Positions 35,829 to 46,736 of a DNA stretch of 64,000 nt are shown in pieces. The stretch spans positions 2,016,001-2,080,000 of the forward strand of contig CAVZZO010000001.1 of the NCBI GenBank assembly GCA_963779755.1. Direction: 5' to 3'. The stretch comes from an uncultured Gemmatimonadales bacterium. Its GTDB lineage: Bacteria; Gemmatimonadota; Gemmatimonadetes; Gemmatimonadales; GWC2-71-9. The notes beneath the pieces were generated by a model. It saw nothing but the letters and a program-made list of their open reading frames with translations. It made no database searches and was not told the DNA's origin. The position numbers and the translations under genes are program-made. The first letter of the stretch is position 1. Each line of letters opens with the position of its first letter.

Positions 35829-38203
35829 ACATCTCGCGCGCCTGGCTCGAGGCCTTCCTGCGCCGCCCCCTGGATGCCGGCGAGGTCGCCGGCCGCCTGG
35901 CCATGCTGGGCGCCACCGTGGACGCGATCGAACCGGTGCATCCCGGCCTGGGCGATATCGTGGTCGGCCTGGTGGAGGCGGTGGCACCGCACCCCAACGC
36001 CGACCGGCTCCGGGTGTGCACCGTGGACGACGGCTCGCCCGCGCGCCGGCAGGTGATCTGCGGCGCGCCCAACGTCGAGGCAGGGAAGAAATACCCCTTT
36101 GCGCCCATCGGCAGTACGCTGCCCGGCGGGATCGCCATCGAGAAGCGCAAGCTCCGCGGCGTCGTGTCCGAAGGCATGCTCTGCTCCGCCCGGGAGCTCG
36201 GGTTGGGCGAGGACCATGCCGGCATCCTCGAGCTGGACACCGATGCGGCGCCCGGCGCGGCGCTCGCCGCGGCGCTGCCCGTGGGCGACCAGCGGCTGGT
36301 GGTGGACGTCACCCCCAACCGCCCCGATCTGCTGGGCCACAAGGGCGCCGCCCGTGAGTTGGCCGCCGGCTATGGGGTACCGCTGCGCCTGCCGGAGATT
36401 CCCGGCGCCGACCCCGCGGGGGTCCCCACGCCCCGGCGGGCGGAAGCCACCGAAGGCACCATCGGCGGAGTGCGGGTGCGCATCGACGATGCCGACGGCT
36501 GCCGGCGCTTCGTCGCCGCGGTGCTGCGGGGGGTGCAGGTGGGGCCGTCGCCCCGCTGGCTGGCCGAGCGCATCGTGGCCATCGGCATGCGCTCCATCAA
36601 TAACGTGGTGGACGCGACCAACTACGTGATGTTCGAGCTGGCGCAGCCGATGCATGCCTACGACGTGGCCCGGCTGGAGGGGCCGCTGGTGGCGGCCCGG
36701 CGCGCCCGGCCGGACGAGCGGCTGGTTACGCTGGACGACGTCCCCCGGATTCTCACCGACGATATGGTCGTGATCGCCGATGCCAAGGCGGCGGTGGGCG
36801 TGGCCGGCGTCATGGGCGCGGCCCACGTCGAGGTCACCGGGGCGACGACCGATCTCTTCCTCGAGTGCGCCTGGTTCGAGCCCCGGCGGGTCCGCCGGGC
36901 CCGGCGGCGGCTGGGCATCTCCAGCGAGGCGAGCTACCGCTTCGAGCGCGGGGTGGACCTCTGGAATGCCCCGGAGGCCATGCGCCGCTGCATCGAGATC
37001 ATCCAGGCGACGGCCGGGGGTACGCTCGAGGAGCCGCCGCTGGACCTCTACCCCCGTCCCACGCCGCCGCCGCGGGTCTTCCTGCGCGGCAGCCGGGTGG
37101 CCCAGGTGCTGGGCATCGAACTGCCCTGGAGCGAGCTGGAGCGGACCCTCTCGGCGGTCGGAGCGACCATCCTCTCCAAACCGGATGATGGCCGGATCGC
37201 GGTGGACGTGCCCGGCTGGCGGCCCGACCTCGCCCGGGAGATCGATCTGGTCGAGGAGATTGCCCGGATCTACGGCTATGACAATTTCCCCGTGGACCTG
37301 CGGCCCTACCGGCCCGGGACGGTGCCCGACGCGGTGGAGGCTCGGGCCGAAGACCGGTTGCGCGACGGGCTCACGGCCTGGGGGTTGCTGGAGGCCATGA
37401 CCCTGCCGTTCGGGCCTGCCGAAGGTGCCGACAGCGTCCGGGTGGTGAACCCGCTCTCGGCGGAGGATGCCTGGCTGCGGCAGCGGCTGGTCCCCGGCCT
37501 GGTGCGCCAGGTCGAGGCCAACTGGGCCGCGGGCACCCGCGCGGTCCGGCTGTTCGAGGTGGGCCACGTCTTCCGTCAGGCCGATCCGGGACGGCCGCCG
37601 GCCGAGGAGAGCCGGGTGGCGGCGGTCATTACCGGCGAGCGCGAGCCAGCCCACTGGACCACGGCCGGGCACACGCCGGTCTATGATGAATGGGACCTCC
37701 AGGGCCTGTTCCGCGCGGCGGTGGCTCTGGCGCAACCGGACGCATCGGTGCAAGTTGAAGGCAATTCTTGGGTTGCCATAACCAGCGACGGCCGCACCGT
37801 GGGCCGCGCCGAGCGACTGCCGGCCGATGCGCCGCCCTGGGCGGCGCCGGTCTACGGCTTCGAGTTGAGCCTGGTCATGACGCCCGAGCCTCCCCTCCAG
37901 GTCCGGCCGCTGCCCGGCACCCCAGCTTCGGACCGCGATCTGGCGCTGGTGCTGCCGGCCGGGGTGGCCGCCGCCCGGATTCTCGAGGTGGTTCGCCGGG
38001 CCGGCGGAACGCTGCTCGAGACGGCCGACATTCTGAGCGAGTATCGCGGGTCCGGCCTGGCGGCGGGCACCCGGAGCCTGGCGGTTCACCTGGTCTTCCG
38101 GGCGGCCGACCGCACGCTGCAGCGGGATGAAGTCGAGCAGACGGTGGGCCGGATCCTCAAAGTCCTGGAAAGGGAACTCGGTGTTCACCTACGAGAGGCC
38201 TGA
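35825..38203 (+). CDS. pheT: Phenylalanine-tRNA ligase beta subunit
   Basis: HPNADRL, CGAPN, TPNRPD, NNVVDATNY, RFERG, DLVEEIARIYGY. Confidence 0.97.
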   Translation: MNISRAWLEAFLRRPLDAGEVAGRLAMLGATVDAIEPVHPGLGDIVVGLVEAVAPHPNADRLRVCTVDDGSPARRQVICGAPNVEAGKKYPFAPIGSTLPGGIAIEKRKLRGVVSEGMLCSARELGLGEDHAGILELDTDAAPGAALAAALPVGDQRLVVDVTPNRPDLLGHKGAARELAAGYGVPLRLPEIPGADPAGVPTPRRAEATEGTIGGVRVRIDDADGCRRFVAAVLRGVQVGPSPRWLAERIVAIGMRSINNVVDATNYVMFELAQPMHAYDVARLEGPLVAARRARPDERLVTLDDVPRILTDDMVVIADAKAAVGVAGVMGAAHVEVTGATTDLFLECAWFEPRRVRRARRRLGISSEASYRFERGVDLWNAPEAMRRCIEIIQATAGGTLEEPPLDLYPRPTPPPRVFLRGSRVAQVLGIELPWSELERTLSAVGATILSKPDDGRIAVDVPGWRPDLAREIDLVEEIARIYGYDNFPVDLRPYRPGTVPDAVEARAEDRLRDGLTAWGLLEAMTLPFGPAEGADSVRVVNPLSAEDAWLRQRLVPGLVRQVEANWAAGTRAVRLFEVGHVFRQADPGRPPAEESRVAAVITGEREPAHWTTAGHTPVYDEWDLQGLFRAAVALAQPDASVQVEGNSWVAITSDGRTVGRAERLPADAPPWAAPVYGFELSLVMTPEPPLQVRPLPGTPASDRDLALVLPAGVAAARILEVVRRAGGTLLETADILSEYRGSGLAAGTRSLAVHLVFRAADRTLQRDEVEQTVGRILKVLERELGVHLREA

Positions 38204-38486
38204 TTTCCGCGCGCTGGAGGAGCTGCAGGGTCTGCTGCAGCACCTGGGGGAGGAGCTGGCGGCATGGCGCCGCCGCTGCCTCAAGGCCGAGGCGGAGCTG
38301 CAGCAGTTCCAGGACGCCGGGGGAGCCGGCGGGCCCGACCTGGTGCAGTCGCGGCAGCGGGTGGTGGAGCTCGAGGTGGAAAACCAGCGGTTGCGCGAGC
38401 GCATCGACGCGGCGAAGGACCGCGTGCGCATGATCGAAAACCGGCTGGCTTTCGTGGATCAGGGTTCCGAGGACGGTGCCGCATGA
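38181..38486 (+). CDS. Small coiled-coil protein (ZapB-like position)
   Basis: Heptad-rich (ENQRLRERIDAAKDRV); lies between pheT and zapA; GTG 38181. Confidence 0.65.
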   Translation: MFTYERPDFRALEELQGLLQHLGEELAAWRRRCLKAEAELQQFQDAGGAGGPDLVQSRQRVVELEVENQRLRERIDAAKDRVRMIENRLAFVDQGSEDGAA

Positions 38487-38809
38487 GCGCGTCGAAGCAC
38501 GCCGTCCGGGTGGTGATCGGCGGCGAGGAATACACGGTGCGCTCGGAGCTGCCGCCGGAATACACCCGGGAGGTCGCCGCCTACGTGGATCAGGCGCTGG
38601 CCCGGGTACGGGACATGGTCCCGAGCGTAGAGTCGCACAAGGCGGCGATCCTCGCCGCCCTGGCCATTACCGACGAGCTGTTTCAGGCGCGGCGCGGCGA
38701 CCGGGAGCTGGCGGCCCGGTTGTCGGCACTGGGCGATGAGCTGGCCCGGTTGCTGCCGCCGGCCAAACGGGGCCGTCGGGTTTCCGGGAGTGTCCCGGCG
38801 CAGGACTGA
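38483..38809 (+). CDS. zapA: Cell division protein ZapA
   Basis: V.IGGEEYTV, VAAYVD, AILAALAITDEL. Confidence 0.88.
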   Translation: MSASKHAVRVVIGGEEYTVRSELPPEYTREVAAYVDQALARVRDMVPSVESHKAAILAALAITDELFQARRGDRELAARLSALGDELARLLPPAKRGRRVSGSVPAQD

Positions 38810-38854
38810 CCGCGAGCGGACGCCGCCCCGCGTCCCCGTGCTGGAGATAGATCT

Positions 38855-40435
38855 ATGCCTCAGCCATTCCTGCTGCCTCTGCTCGGAGGCGTCGCCGCCG
38901 GGCTGATCGTGGCTGTTGTCGCCATTACGCTCTACATCCGCGCCCAGAAGAAAGAGGCCGCCGGCATCGTGGCGACCGCCCGGGTCGAGGCCGAGCGCCT
39001 GGTCGCCGAAGGCCGCCGGGAGGTCGAGGCGGCGCGCGCCCAGGCCGCGCTGGAAGGCCGCATGGAGACCATCCGGCTGCGGGAGGAGGTCGACCGCGAG
39101 GTCCAGCGCCGGCGGGAAGAGCTGGAGCGGCTGGAGCGCCGGGCGGAAGACCGGGAGCGCTCGCTCGACCGCAAGCTGGGCGAGGTGCGGGAACAGGAGA
39201 AGCGGCTGGAGGCACGCGAGGGCGAAGCCCGGCGGCGGCTGGAGGAGCTGGAACAGCGGCAAGTGGAGCTGGGCAAGGGGGAGGCGGAGCAGCGCCGCCA
39301 GCTGGAGCGGGTGGCCGGCATGACGGTCGACGATGCCCGCAAGGAATTGCTGCAACAGGTGGAGGACGAGGCCCGGGGCGCCGCGGCCGCGCTGGCCCGG
39401 GACATCAAGGACCAGGCCCGCAAGGGCGCGGAACGGGAATCCCGGCGCATCGTGGCCATGGCGATGCAGCGTATCGCCGCCGAGCACACCGCCGAGTCCA
39501 CCGTGGCGGCCGTGACCCTTCCCAGCGACGAGATGAAAGGCCGGATCATCGGCCGCGAAGGCCGGAACATCCGCGCCTTCGAGGCGGCCACCGGCGTGGA
39601 CGTGATCATCGACGACACGCCGGACACCGTGGTGGTTTCCTGCTTCGATCCCATCCGGCGCGAAGTGGCGCGCCGGGCCCTGGACGCCCTCATCGCCGAC
39701 GGGCGCATTCATCCCGGACGCATCGAAGAGGTGGTGAGCAAACTGCAGAAGGAGCTGGACGAGCAGCTGGTGGAGCTGGGCGAGCAGGCGGCCTACGAAA
39801 CCAGCGTGAACGGCCTGCATCCCGAAATCATCAAGCTGATCGGCCGGATGCGCTACCGCTCGTCCTACGGGCAGAATCTGCTGGAGCATTCCAAGGAGGT
39901 GGCCTGGCTGGCCGCCATGATGGCCGCCGAGCTGGGGGTCGACGTCAAGCTCGCCCGGCGGGGCGCGCTGTTGCACGATATCGGCAAGGTCCTGAGCCAC
40001 GAACACGAGGGGACCCACGTGGAGCTGGGAGTCGAGATCGCGCGCAAGTTCGGCGAGGATGCCGCCGTCATCAACTGTATTCACGCCCACCACGACGACG
40101 TGCCGCACGAGAGCACCGAGTCGGTGCTGGTCCAGGCCGCCGATGCCATCAGCGGCTCCCGGCCCGGCGCGCGGCGGGAGGCTTTCGAGAGCTACGTCAA
40201 GCGGCTCACCCGCCTGGAGGAAATCGCCAACGGCTTCGAGGGCGTGGAGAAGTGCAGCGTCATTCAGGCCGGCCGCGAGATCCGGGTGGTGGTCCGGCCC
40301 GACCGGATCAACGACGATGCCGCCGCCACCCTGAGCGACCAGATCGCCCGCCGCATCGAGAACGAACTGCAATACCCGGGGCAGATCAAGGTGGTGGTGG
40401 TGCGCGAGACCCGCGCCGTGGAGTTTGCCCGATGA
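38855..40435 (+). CDS. rny: Ribonuclease Y
   Basis: N-terminal TM, coiled coil, KH ([13 protein letters not shown]), HD (LLHDIGK), YPGQIKV. Confidence 0.97.
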   Translation: MPQPFLLPLLGGVAAGLIVAVVAITLYIRAQKKEAAGIVATARVEAERLVAEGRREVEAARAQAALEGRMETIRLREEVDREVQRRREELERLERRAEDRERSLDRKLGEVREQEKRLEAREGEARRRLEELEQRQVELGKGEAEQRRQLERVAGMTVDDARKELLQQVEDEARGAAAALARDIKDQARKGAERESRRIVAMAMQRIAAEHTAESTVAAVTLPSDEMKGRIIGREGRNIRAFEAATGVDVIIDDTPDTVVVSCFDPIRREVARRALDALIADGRIHPGRIEEVVSKLQKELDEQLVELGEQAAYETSVNGLHPEIIKLIGRMRYRSSYGQNLLEHSKEVAWLAAMMAAELGVDVKLARRGALLHDIGKVLSHEHEGTHVELGVEIARKFGEDAAVINCIHAHHDDVPHESTESVLVQAADAISGSRPGARREAFESYVKRLTRLEEIANGFEGVEKCSVIQAGREIRVVVRPDRINDDAAATLSDQIARRIENELQYPGQIKVVVVRETRAVEFAR

Positions 40436-41325
40436 GCGCCCGGCGGCTGGACGGCGCGGCCCTGGGCAAGACCATCCGCGCCGAGGTGGCCGGCGTGGTG
40501 AAGGAGCTGGTGGCGGCGGGCACCACGCCGGGCCTCGCCGTGGTGCTGGTGGGGGACAACCCGGCCAGCCAGGTGTACGTCCGGAGCAAGGGGCGCGCCT
40601 GCGAAGAGGCGGGGATGCACTCGGTCACCATCCGCATGCCGGAGGAGTCGAGTGAGGAGGAGGTGCTCGCGACGGTCGACCGCCTCAACGCCGACCCGGC
40701 TATCCACGGCATCCTGGTGCAGCTTCCGCTGCCGCCCCAGATCAACGCCGAGCTGGTGCTGGAGCGGATCGACCCGCGCAAGGACGTGGACGGATTCCAT
40801 CCGGTGAACGTCGGCAGGCTGGTGCAGGGCGATCCCGCCGGCTTCCGGCCGGCCACGCCCTACGGCGTGCAGCAGATGCTGATCCGCTCCGGCATCGAAA
40901 CGAAGGGTGCCCATGCCGTGATCGTCGGCCGGTCCAATATCGTGGGGAAGCCCATGGCCAACCTGCTGGTGCAGAACGGTCCCGGGGGCAACGCCACGGT
41001 GACCGTCTGCCATTCCCGCAGTCGCGATCTTCCCTCCATCACCCGCCTGGCCGATATCCTGGTGGTGGCGATCGGCAAGCCCGGCTTCGTGACCGCCGGC
41101 ATGGTCAAGCCCGGGGCCACGGTGGTCGACGTCGGTATCAACCGGGTCGACGACGCCAGCCGCGAGCGCGGCTACCGGCTGGTGGGCGACGTGGACTTCG
41201 AGCCCGTCTCCGAGGTGGCCGGCGCGATCACGCCGGTGCCCGGCGGGGTAGGGCCCATGACCATCGCCATGCTGCTGGTGAATACCCTGCAGGCGGCGAA
41301 GGCGGTAGGGGCGACGCAGCGGTAG
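40432..41325 (+). CDS. folD: Methylenetetrahydrofolate dehydrogenase/cyclohydrolase
   Basis: [44 protein letters not shown]. Confidence 0.97.
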   Translation: MSARRLDGAALGKTIRAEVAGVVKELVAAGTTPGLAVVLVGDNPASQVYVRSKGRACEEAGMHSVTIRMPEESSEEEVLATVDRLNADPAIHGILVQLPLPPQINAELVLERIDPRKDVDGFHPVNVGRLVQGDPAGFRPATPYGVQQMLIRSGIETKGAHAVIVGRSNIVGKPMANLLVQNGPGGNATVTVCHSRSRDLPSITRLADILVVAIGKPGFVTAGMVKPGATVVDVGINRVDDASRERGYRLVGDVDFEPVSEVAGAITPVPGGVGPMTIAMLLVNTLQAAKAVGATQR

Positions 41326-41400
41326 GGGCGACGCATGCGTCGCCCCTACCGCCTCGCCCCTACCGCCTGCGTCGCCCCTACCGCTGCGTCGCCCCTATCG
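41301..41400. repeat. GTAG-type REP cluster with perfect palindrome at 41322-41349
   Basis: GTAGGGGCGACGCATGCGTCGCCCCTAC plus partial copies. Confidence 0.88.
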
Positions 41401-41447
41401 CTGCGCCCCTCGGTCCTTTTCTCTCAGTCCTGCGGTAAGTTTCAGCC

Positions 41448-42620
41448 ATGACCCTCCCGTTGTTCACCGCCCCCACCGACACCGCCTGGACCGTCACCCA
41501 ACTGGCCCGGGCGGCGAGGAAGCAGGTGGAAGGCAGCCTGGGGCAGGTCTGGGTACGGGGAGAAGTCCGCGGGCTCAAACAGTACCAGAGCGGCCACTGG
41601 TATTTCTCCCTGCGCGATGCCGAGAGCCAGATCCGTTGCGTCATGTGGCGTACCTGGTCGCGCCAGGCGGGGCCGCCCCCCGCCGAAGGCACGGAGGTAT
41701 TCGCCTGTGGCACGCCCACCATCTGGGAAGAGCGGGGCGAGTTCCGGCTCAATATCACCCAGCTGCTGGCAACCGACGGACGGGGAGAGCGGCACCGCGA
41801 ATTCGAGCGGGTGAAGAAACTGCTGGAAGGGGAGGGGCTCTTCGCCGCCGCGCGGAAACGGGCGCTGCCGGCGCTCGCCACCTGCATCGCGGTGGTGACC
41901 AGCCCCGACGGCGCCGCCCTGCGCGACATCATTACGGTCACGCGTAAACGCTGGCCCTGCGTGCGGCTGCTGGTCTTCGGGGCCCGCGTCCAGGGCAACG
42001 AGGCCGAGGGAGACCTGGTGCGGGCGCTCCAGCGGGTGAACCGCATGGATGGGCCGGAATTGTGTATCGTGGGCCGGGGCGGGGGTGACGGCGAGGACCT
42101 CTGGGCCTTCAATCGCGAAGGCGTGTGCCGGGCGCTGGCGGCGGTGCGCGTGCCCACCGTCTCCGCGGTAGGCCACGAGACCGACGTGACGCTCTGCGAT
42201 TTCGTCGCCGACGCCCGCGCCGCCACCCCCTCGGCGGCCGCCGAGCTGGCGGTGTGCGACCGCGAAGACCTGCGGCGCCGCTGCGACGCGCTGGGCTCCC
42301 GCCTGGGAGGTGGGCTGCAGCGCTATACCCGGGTCGCCTCGGAGCGGCTGCACCGCAACGCCGACCGGCTGGAGCACTGCCTGGAGCAGCGGCTGGAGCG
42401 CTGGCGCCGGCGGCTGGAGCAGGCCGGCAGCCGGCTCGATGCCCTGAGCCCGCTGCAGGTGCTGCAGCGCGGCTACAGCATGGCGCAGGACGCCGAGGGC
42501 CGTGTGCTCCGGCGCGTCGAGGATTTCCCTGCTGGCCTGCGGTTTTCGCTCCGGGTGGCGGATGGGCGAGTCCCGGCCCGCGCCGACGATTCTTTCCCTT
42601 CGAGGCCCGCTGGTGACTGA
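41448..42620 (+). CDS. xseA: Exodeoxyribonuclease VII large subunit
   Basis: SGHWYFSLRD, RGGG..EDLWAFN, SAVGHETD, TPSAAAE. Confidence 0.96.
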   Translation: MTLPLFTAPTDTAWTVTQLARAARKQVEGSLGQVWVRGEVRGLKQYQSGHWYFSLRDAESQIRCVMWRTWSRQAGPPPAEGTEVFACGTPTIWEERGEFRLNITQLLATDGRGERHREFERVKKLLEGEGLFAAARKRALPALATCIAVVTSPDGAALRDIITVTRKRWPCVRLLVFGARVQGNEAEGDLVRALQRVNRMDGPELCIVGRGGGDGEDLWAFNREGVCRALAAVRVPTVSAVGHETDVTLCDFVADARAATPSAAAELAVCDREDLRRRCDALGSRLGGGLQRYTRVASERLHRNADRLEHCLEQRLERWRRRLEQAGSRLDALSPLQVLQRGYSMAQDAEGRVLRRVEDFPAGLRFSLRVADGRVPARADDSFPSRPAGD

Positions 42621-42864
42621 CGAACCGGGTTCCGCACCTACCGCTCGTACCCGATCACTCGGCGACGAGCTGCGCCGGCTGGAAGAGATCCTCCGCGCCA
42701 TGGAATCCGAGGATCTCGATCTCGATGCCGCGCTGGCGCTCTTTGAAGAGGGCGTGGGCCGGCTGCGGGCCGCCCGCGAATGGCTGCGTGATGCCGAGGT
42801 CCGGGTGCAGAAGGTCCTGGAGGACGCCGGCGGAACCCTCCGGGTTTCCGACACCGACCGCTGA
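42613..42864 (+). CDS. xseB: Exodeoxyribonuclease VII small subunit
   Basis: LEEI...ME...L.L..AL..FEEG...L..AE..V; GTG 42613. Confidence 0.9.
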   Translation: MTDEPGSAPTARTRSLGDELRRLEEILRAMESEDLDLDAALALFEEGVGRLRAAREWLRDAEVRVQKVLEDAGGTLRVSDTDR

Positions 42865-43790
42865 TGCCGCCGGAGGGCAGCGGGACACCCACGCTGACAC
42901 TCGCCGACCGCCTGCTGGCGGAGGCCCGCGCCCGCACCGACGCCCGGCTGGCTCGCTGGGCCGGCCGGCTCTCGGCCCGCGCCCCGGACGGACTGGGCCC
43001 GGCCCTGGCCTACGCGCTGCAAAGCCCGGGAAAACGGGTCCGGGCGGCGCTGGTGCTGGCCGGCTATCACGCGGCCGCCGGCGAGCTGCCCGGGATTGAC
43101 GGCATCGCGGCGGCAGTGGAGACGGTCCATACCTACTCCCTGGTGCACGACGATCTTCCCTGCATGGACAACGACGACCTGCGGCGCGGCCGGCCCACGG
43201 TGCACCGCGCCTTCGGCGTCCCCCGCGCCACCCGGGCCGGCTACGTCCTGGTACCGGTGGCCGCGCTGGTCCTGAGCGAAGGCGCCCGCGAGCTGCAGCT
43301 GCCCGGCGCCTCGCTGGGCGCTCTGGCGCGCGAACTGTTCCATGCCGGCGGCATTGAAGGCATGGTGGGTGGGCAGTGGCGGGATCTCGAGGCGGAGCAG
43401 CGGCGGCTCGATCTGGCGGGCCTCATGACGGTGCATCGGGGCAAGACCGGCGCGCTGATCCGGGCCTCCTGCGTGCTCGGCGGGCTGGCCGCGCAGGCCC
43501 CGCCGCCGCTGCTGGCGGGGCTGCGCGCCTTCGGCGAGGACATCGGCCTGGCGTTCCAGATCGCCGACGATGTGCTGGATGTGACCGGTACCAGCGATGA
43601 GCTGGGCAAGACCGCCGGCCGCGACGAGGCGCTGCAGAAATCCACCTACGTGCGCCTCCTGGGCGTCGAGGGCGCCCGGGCGGAAGCGGGTCGGCTGGCC
43701 CGCCAGGCGGTGGAACACCTGGCGGCGGTCGGATTGCCGCCGGGATCTCTGGCCGCCCTGGCCGAGTATATTGTTAGACGGAGGCACTGA
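42864..43790 (+). CDS. ispA: Farnesyl/geranyl diphosphate synthase
   Basis: GKRVR, HDDLPCMDNDDLRRG, GGQ, KTG, FQIADD. Confidence 0.93.
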   Translation: MPPEGSGTPTLTLADRLLAEARARTDARLARWAGRLSARAPDGLGPALAYALQSPGKRVRAALVLAGYHAAAGELPGIDGIAAAVETVHTYSLVHDDLPCMDNDDLRRGRPTVHRAFGVPRATRAGYVLVPVAALVLSEGARELQLPGASLGALARELFHAGGIEGMVGGQWRDLEAEQRRLDLAGLMTVHRGKTGALIRASCVLGGLAAQAPPPLLAGLRAFGEDIGLAFQIADDVLDVTGTSDELGKTAGRDEALQKSTYVRLLGVEGARAEAGRLARQAVEHLAAVGLPPGSLAALAEYIVRRRH

Positions 43791-43805
43791 GGGCAGGAGG
43801 GGTAT

Positions 43806-43891
43806 TCACCGCAGAGACGCAGAGGACGCGGAGAAAGCGAGAATACCGGCGAGGGCCTCCATTCTCCGCGCGCTCAGCGCCTCTGGGGTTC
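43806..43891. repeat. Imperfect inverted repeat, CACCGCAGAG type
   Basis: tcaccgcagagacgcagaggacgcggagaa ... ttctccgcgcgctcagcgcctctggggtt. Confidence 0.75.
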
Positions 43892-43945
43892 AGTGTTTGT
43901 CCGTCTCCCGTCGCCATCGGCACTTGCTGAAAACGTGGTGAGCTC

Positions 43946-45844
43946 ATGTCCCTTCTCTCCGCCATCTCCGGGCCCGATGACCTCAAGCACCTCAGCCAGG
44001 ATGAGCTGGCCGCGCTGGCCGCCGAGGTGCGCGAGCGCCTGATCGACTGCTGCTCGGTCACCGGCGGGCACATCGGCGCCAGCCTGGGCGTGGTGGAGCT
44101 GGCCATCGCGTTGCTCCACTGCTTCGACTCGCCGCGCGACAAGATCCTCTGGGACGTGGGCCACCAGGCCTATGCCTGGAAGCTGCTGACCGGGCGCAAC
44201 GACGCCTTTCCCACGCTGCGGCAGGCCGGCGGCATCTCCGGCTTCCTCAAGCGGACGGAGAGCGAACACGACCAGTTCGGCGCCGGCCATGCCGGCACCG
44301 CCATGTCGGCCGCGCTGGGCATGGCCACGGCGCGCGACCTCCAGGGCGATTCCTACAAGGTGCTGGCGGTCGTGGGCGATGGGGCGCTCACCTGCGGGCT
44401 GTCCTACGAGGGCATGAACAACGCGGGCCATTCCGACCGCGACATCATCCTGATCGTCAACGACAACGGCATGTCGATCTCTCCCAACGTGGGGGCGATC
44501 AGCAAGATGCTGGGCCGCATCGTGGCCAATCCCGCCACCAACCGGGTGCGCGAGGGCATCAAGAGCGTCACCCGGGCGCTGGGCGGCGTCTTTGGGGAAG
44601 GCGTGGTGGAATTCGCCAAGAACGTGGAGGAGAGCGCCAAGAACCTCTTCTCGCCCGGGATGCTGTTCGAAGAACTGGGGTTCCGCTATTTCGGGCCGCT
44701 CGACGGCCACGATCTGGGCAAGCTGATCGAGACGCTCCGCTTCGTGAAGCCGATGAGTGGCCCCCGGGTGATCCACGTGATTACCGAAAAGGGGAAGGGC
44801 TTTTCTTTTGCCGAGGACAATCGCGAAAAGTGGCACGGGCTGGCCGCCTACGACCCGGTCACCGGCGAGGCGCGCAAGAAGCCCAGCGGCCCGCCCGCCT
44901 GGACCCAGGTCTTCGGGAACGCCCTGGCGGAGCTGGGGGCCGAGCATCCCGAGCTGGTGGCCATCACCGCCGCGATGCCCTCGGGCACCGGCACGGCCAT
45001 CTTTCAGAAGCGCTGGCCCGGCCGCTTCTTCGACGTCGGCATTGCCGAGGGACACGCCGTCACCTTTGCCGGCGGCCTGGCGACCCAGGGCATCCGGCCG
45101 GTGTGCGCCATCTACAGCACCTTCCTGCAGCGGGCCTACGACAACATCATCCACGATATCGCGGTGCAGCAGCTCCCGGTCATCTTCTGCATGGACCGGG
45201 CGGGGCTGGTCGGCGAGGACGGCCAGACCCACATGGGGCTGTACGATATTGCCTACATGCTGGCGGTGCCGGGCATGACGGTCACCGCACCCCGGGACGG
45301 CGACGAACTGATCGGGCTGCTCAAGTGCGCCCTGGCCCATACCGAGGGGCCGTTCTGCACCCGCTATCCCCGCGACAAGGCCCCGGCCGACCCCAGCCCG
45401 GTGAGCGAGGTGCCGGCCGTGCCCTACGGCCGCTGGGAACTGCTGCGGCAGGGCCGGGACGTGGCCGTGCTGGCGGTGGGAACCATGGTGCGTGCCGCCG
45501 AAGGCGCCGCCGCCCGGCTGGCCGGCGAAGGCGTCGACCCCTCGGTGGTGAACTGCCGTTTCCTGAAGCCGCTGGATACCGCCATGCTGGAGGCCCTGGT
45601 GCAGGACCACCGTATTCTGGTTACCGTGGAAGAAGGCACGGTGGTGAACGGGTTCGGCGCCTATCTGGCCGAGGTGCTGAGCACCATGCATCCGGAAGTG
45701 CGGGTAGTGGCGCTGGGCGTGCCCGACCGGCTGATCGACCAGGCGCCGCGGGCCGAGCAGCTGGAGCGCTACGGGCTCACGCCCGAGGGCATCGCCCGGC
45801 GGGTGCTGGCCCTGCATCGCGAAGAGAGCCTGGACCCGCGATGA
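43946..45844 (+). CDS. dxs: 1-deoxy-D-xylulose-5-phosphate synthase
   Basis: WDVGHQAY, GDGALT.G, NDN, DVGIAEGHAVT, DRAG. Confidence 0.97.
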   Translation: MSLLSAISGPDDLKHLSQDELAALAAEVRERLIDCCSVTGGHIGASLGVVELAIALLHCFDSPRDKILWDVGHQAYAWKLLTGRNDAFPTLRQAGGISGFLKRTESEHDQFGAGHAGTAMSAALGMATARDLQGDSYKVLAVVGDGALTCGLSYEGMNNAGHSDRDIILIVNDNGMSISPNVGAISKMLGRIVANPATNRVREGIKSVTRALGGVFGEGVVEFAKNVEESAKNLFSPGMLFEELGFRYFGPLDGHDLGKLIETLRFVKPMSGPRVIHVITEKGKGFSFAEDNREKWHGLAAYDPVTGEARKKPSGPPAWTQVFGNALAELGAEHPELVAITAAMPSGTGTAIFQKRWPGRFFDVGIAEGHAVTFAGGLATQGIRPVCAIYSTFLQRAYDNIIHDIAVQQLPVIFCMDRAGLVGEDGQTHMGLYDIAYMLAVPGMTVTAPRDGDELIGLLKCALAHTEGPFCTRYPRDKAPADPSPVSEVPAVPYGRWELLRQGRDVAVLAVGTMVRAAEGAAARLAGEGVDPSVVNCRFLKPLDTAMLEALVQDHRILVTVEEGTVVNGFGAYLAEVLSTMHPEVRVVALGVPDRLIDQAPRAEQLERYGLTPEGIARRVLALHREESLDPR

Positions 45845-46710
45845 ACGTCGGGATCATCGGGAATCCCCGCTATCCCGATCTGCGTGGCCTGCTCGACCAC
45901 ATCGCCGAGCTGGCGTCGGTGCGCGGCATGTCGCTCTTCGCCGAGGAAGGCCTCACCGCCATCTGGCAGCGCGAGATGCCGTCGCTGGACGACGCCGATC
46001 TCGACGTGCTCATTACCCTGGGCGGTGATGGCACCCTGCTGCGCGGGGCCCGCGCCATCCAGGGCCGCCAGATCCCCATCCTGGGCATCAATCTGGGCCG
46101 GGTGGGCTTTCTCACCACCTCTACCGGCGAGGCGCTGGATCCGGCGCTCGACGCCCTGGTGGCGGGCGCCTATCAGGTAGACGACCGCATGGCGCTCTCC
46201 GCCCAGATCAGCGGCACCGACGGTACCACCCATACGCGGCAATTCGCGCTGAACGACGTCGCCATTCACAAGAGCGGCGTCGCCCGCGTGGTGCGCCTGA
46301 GCGTGGAAATCGAAGGCGAAGAAGTCGGCCCCTACAGCGCCGACGGCATCGTCGTGTCGTCGCCCACCGGGTCCACCGCCTATTCGCTGAGCGCCGGCGG
46401 CCCCATCATGGTGCCGGGGGTCGAGGGGATGATCGTCACCCCGATCTGCGCCCACACGCTGGCCGTGCGGCCGCTGGTGGTGCCGGCGCGGTTCTCCATC
46501 ACCGTTACCCCGATCCCTCCCTGGGCCGACGACCTGCTGGTTTCCTACGACGGCCAGGTCGGTACCACCCTGACCGGCGGCGACCGGGTGACCGTCTGCC
46601 GCGCCTCCAGCGTGGTCCGGCTCATCCGCATCGGGCCGGAGGGGTTCCTCACCCGGATGCGGAAGAAGCTGCACTGGGGCGATCTCTCCGGGCGGGAGCG
46701 GCGGACCTGA
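45841..46710 (+). CDS. nadK: NAD kinase
   Basis: LGGDGTLL, GINLGRVGFL, LND, TGSTAYSLSAGGP. Confidence 0.96.
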   Translation: MNVGIIGNPRYPDLRGLLDHIAELASVRGMSLFAEEGLTAIWQREMPSLDDADLDVLITLGGDGTLLRGARAIQGRQIPILGINLGRVGFLTTSTGEALDPALDALVAGAYQVDDRMALSAQISGTDGTTHTRQFALNDVAIHKSGVARVVRLSVEIEGEEVGPYSADGIVVSSPTGSTAYSLSAGGPIMVPGVEGMIVTPICAHTLAVRPLVVPARFSITVTPIPPWADDLLVSYDGQVGTTLTGGDRVTVCRASSVVRLIRIGPEGFLTRMRKKLHWGDLSGRERRT

Positions 46711-46736
46711 TTCCACCCCATCCGCGGGGACGCACC

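Noticed and set aside
35741..38188. Long antisense ORFs (also 15884-17767, 38459-40372, 41442-43787, 43874-45817, 46545-48890, 58182-59969)
   Set aside because: Shadow ORFs opposite well-supported genes, expected at this GC content; no recognisable motifs.
38810..38854. 6S RNA downstream of zapA
   Set aside because: The zapA-rny gap is only 45 bp.
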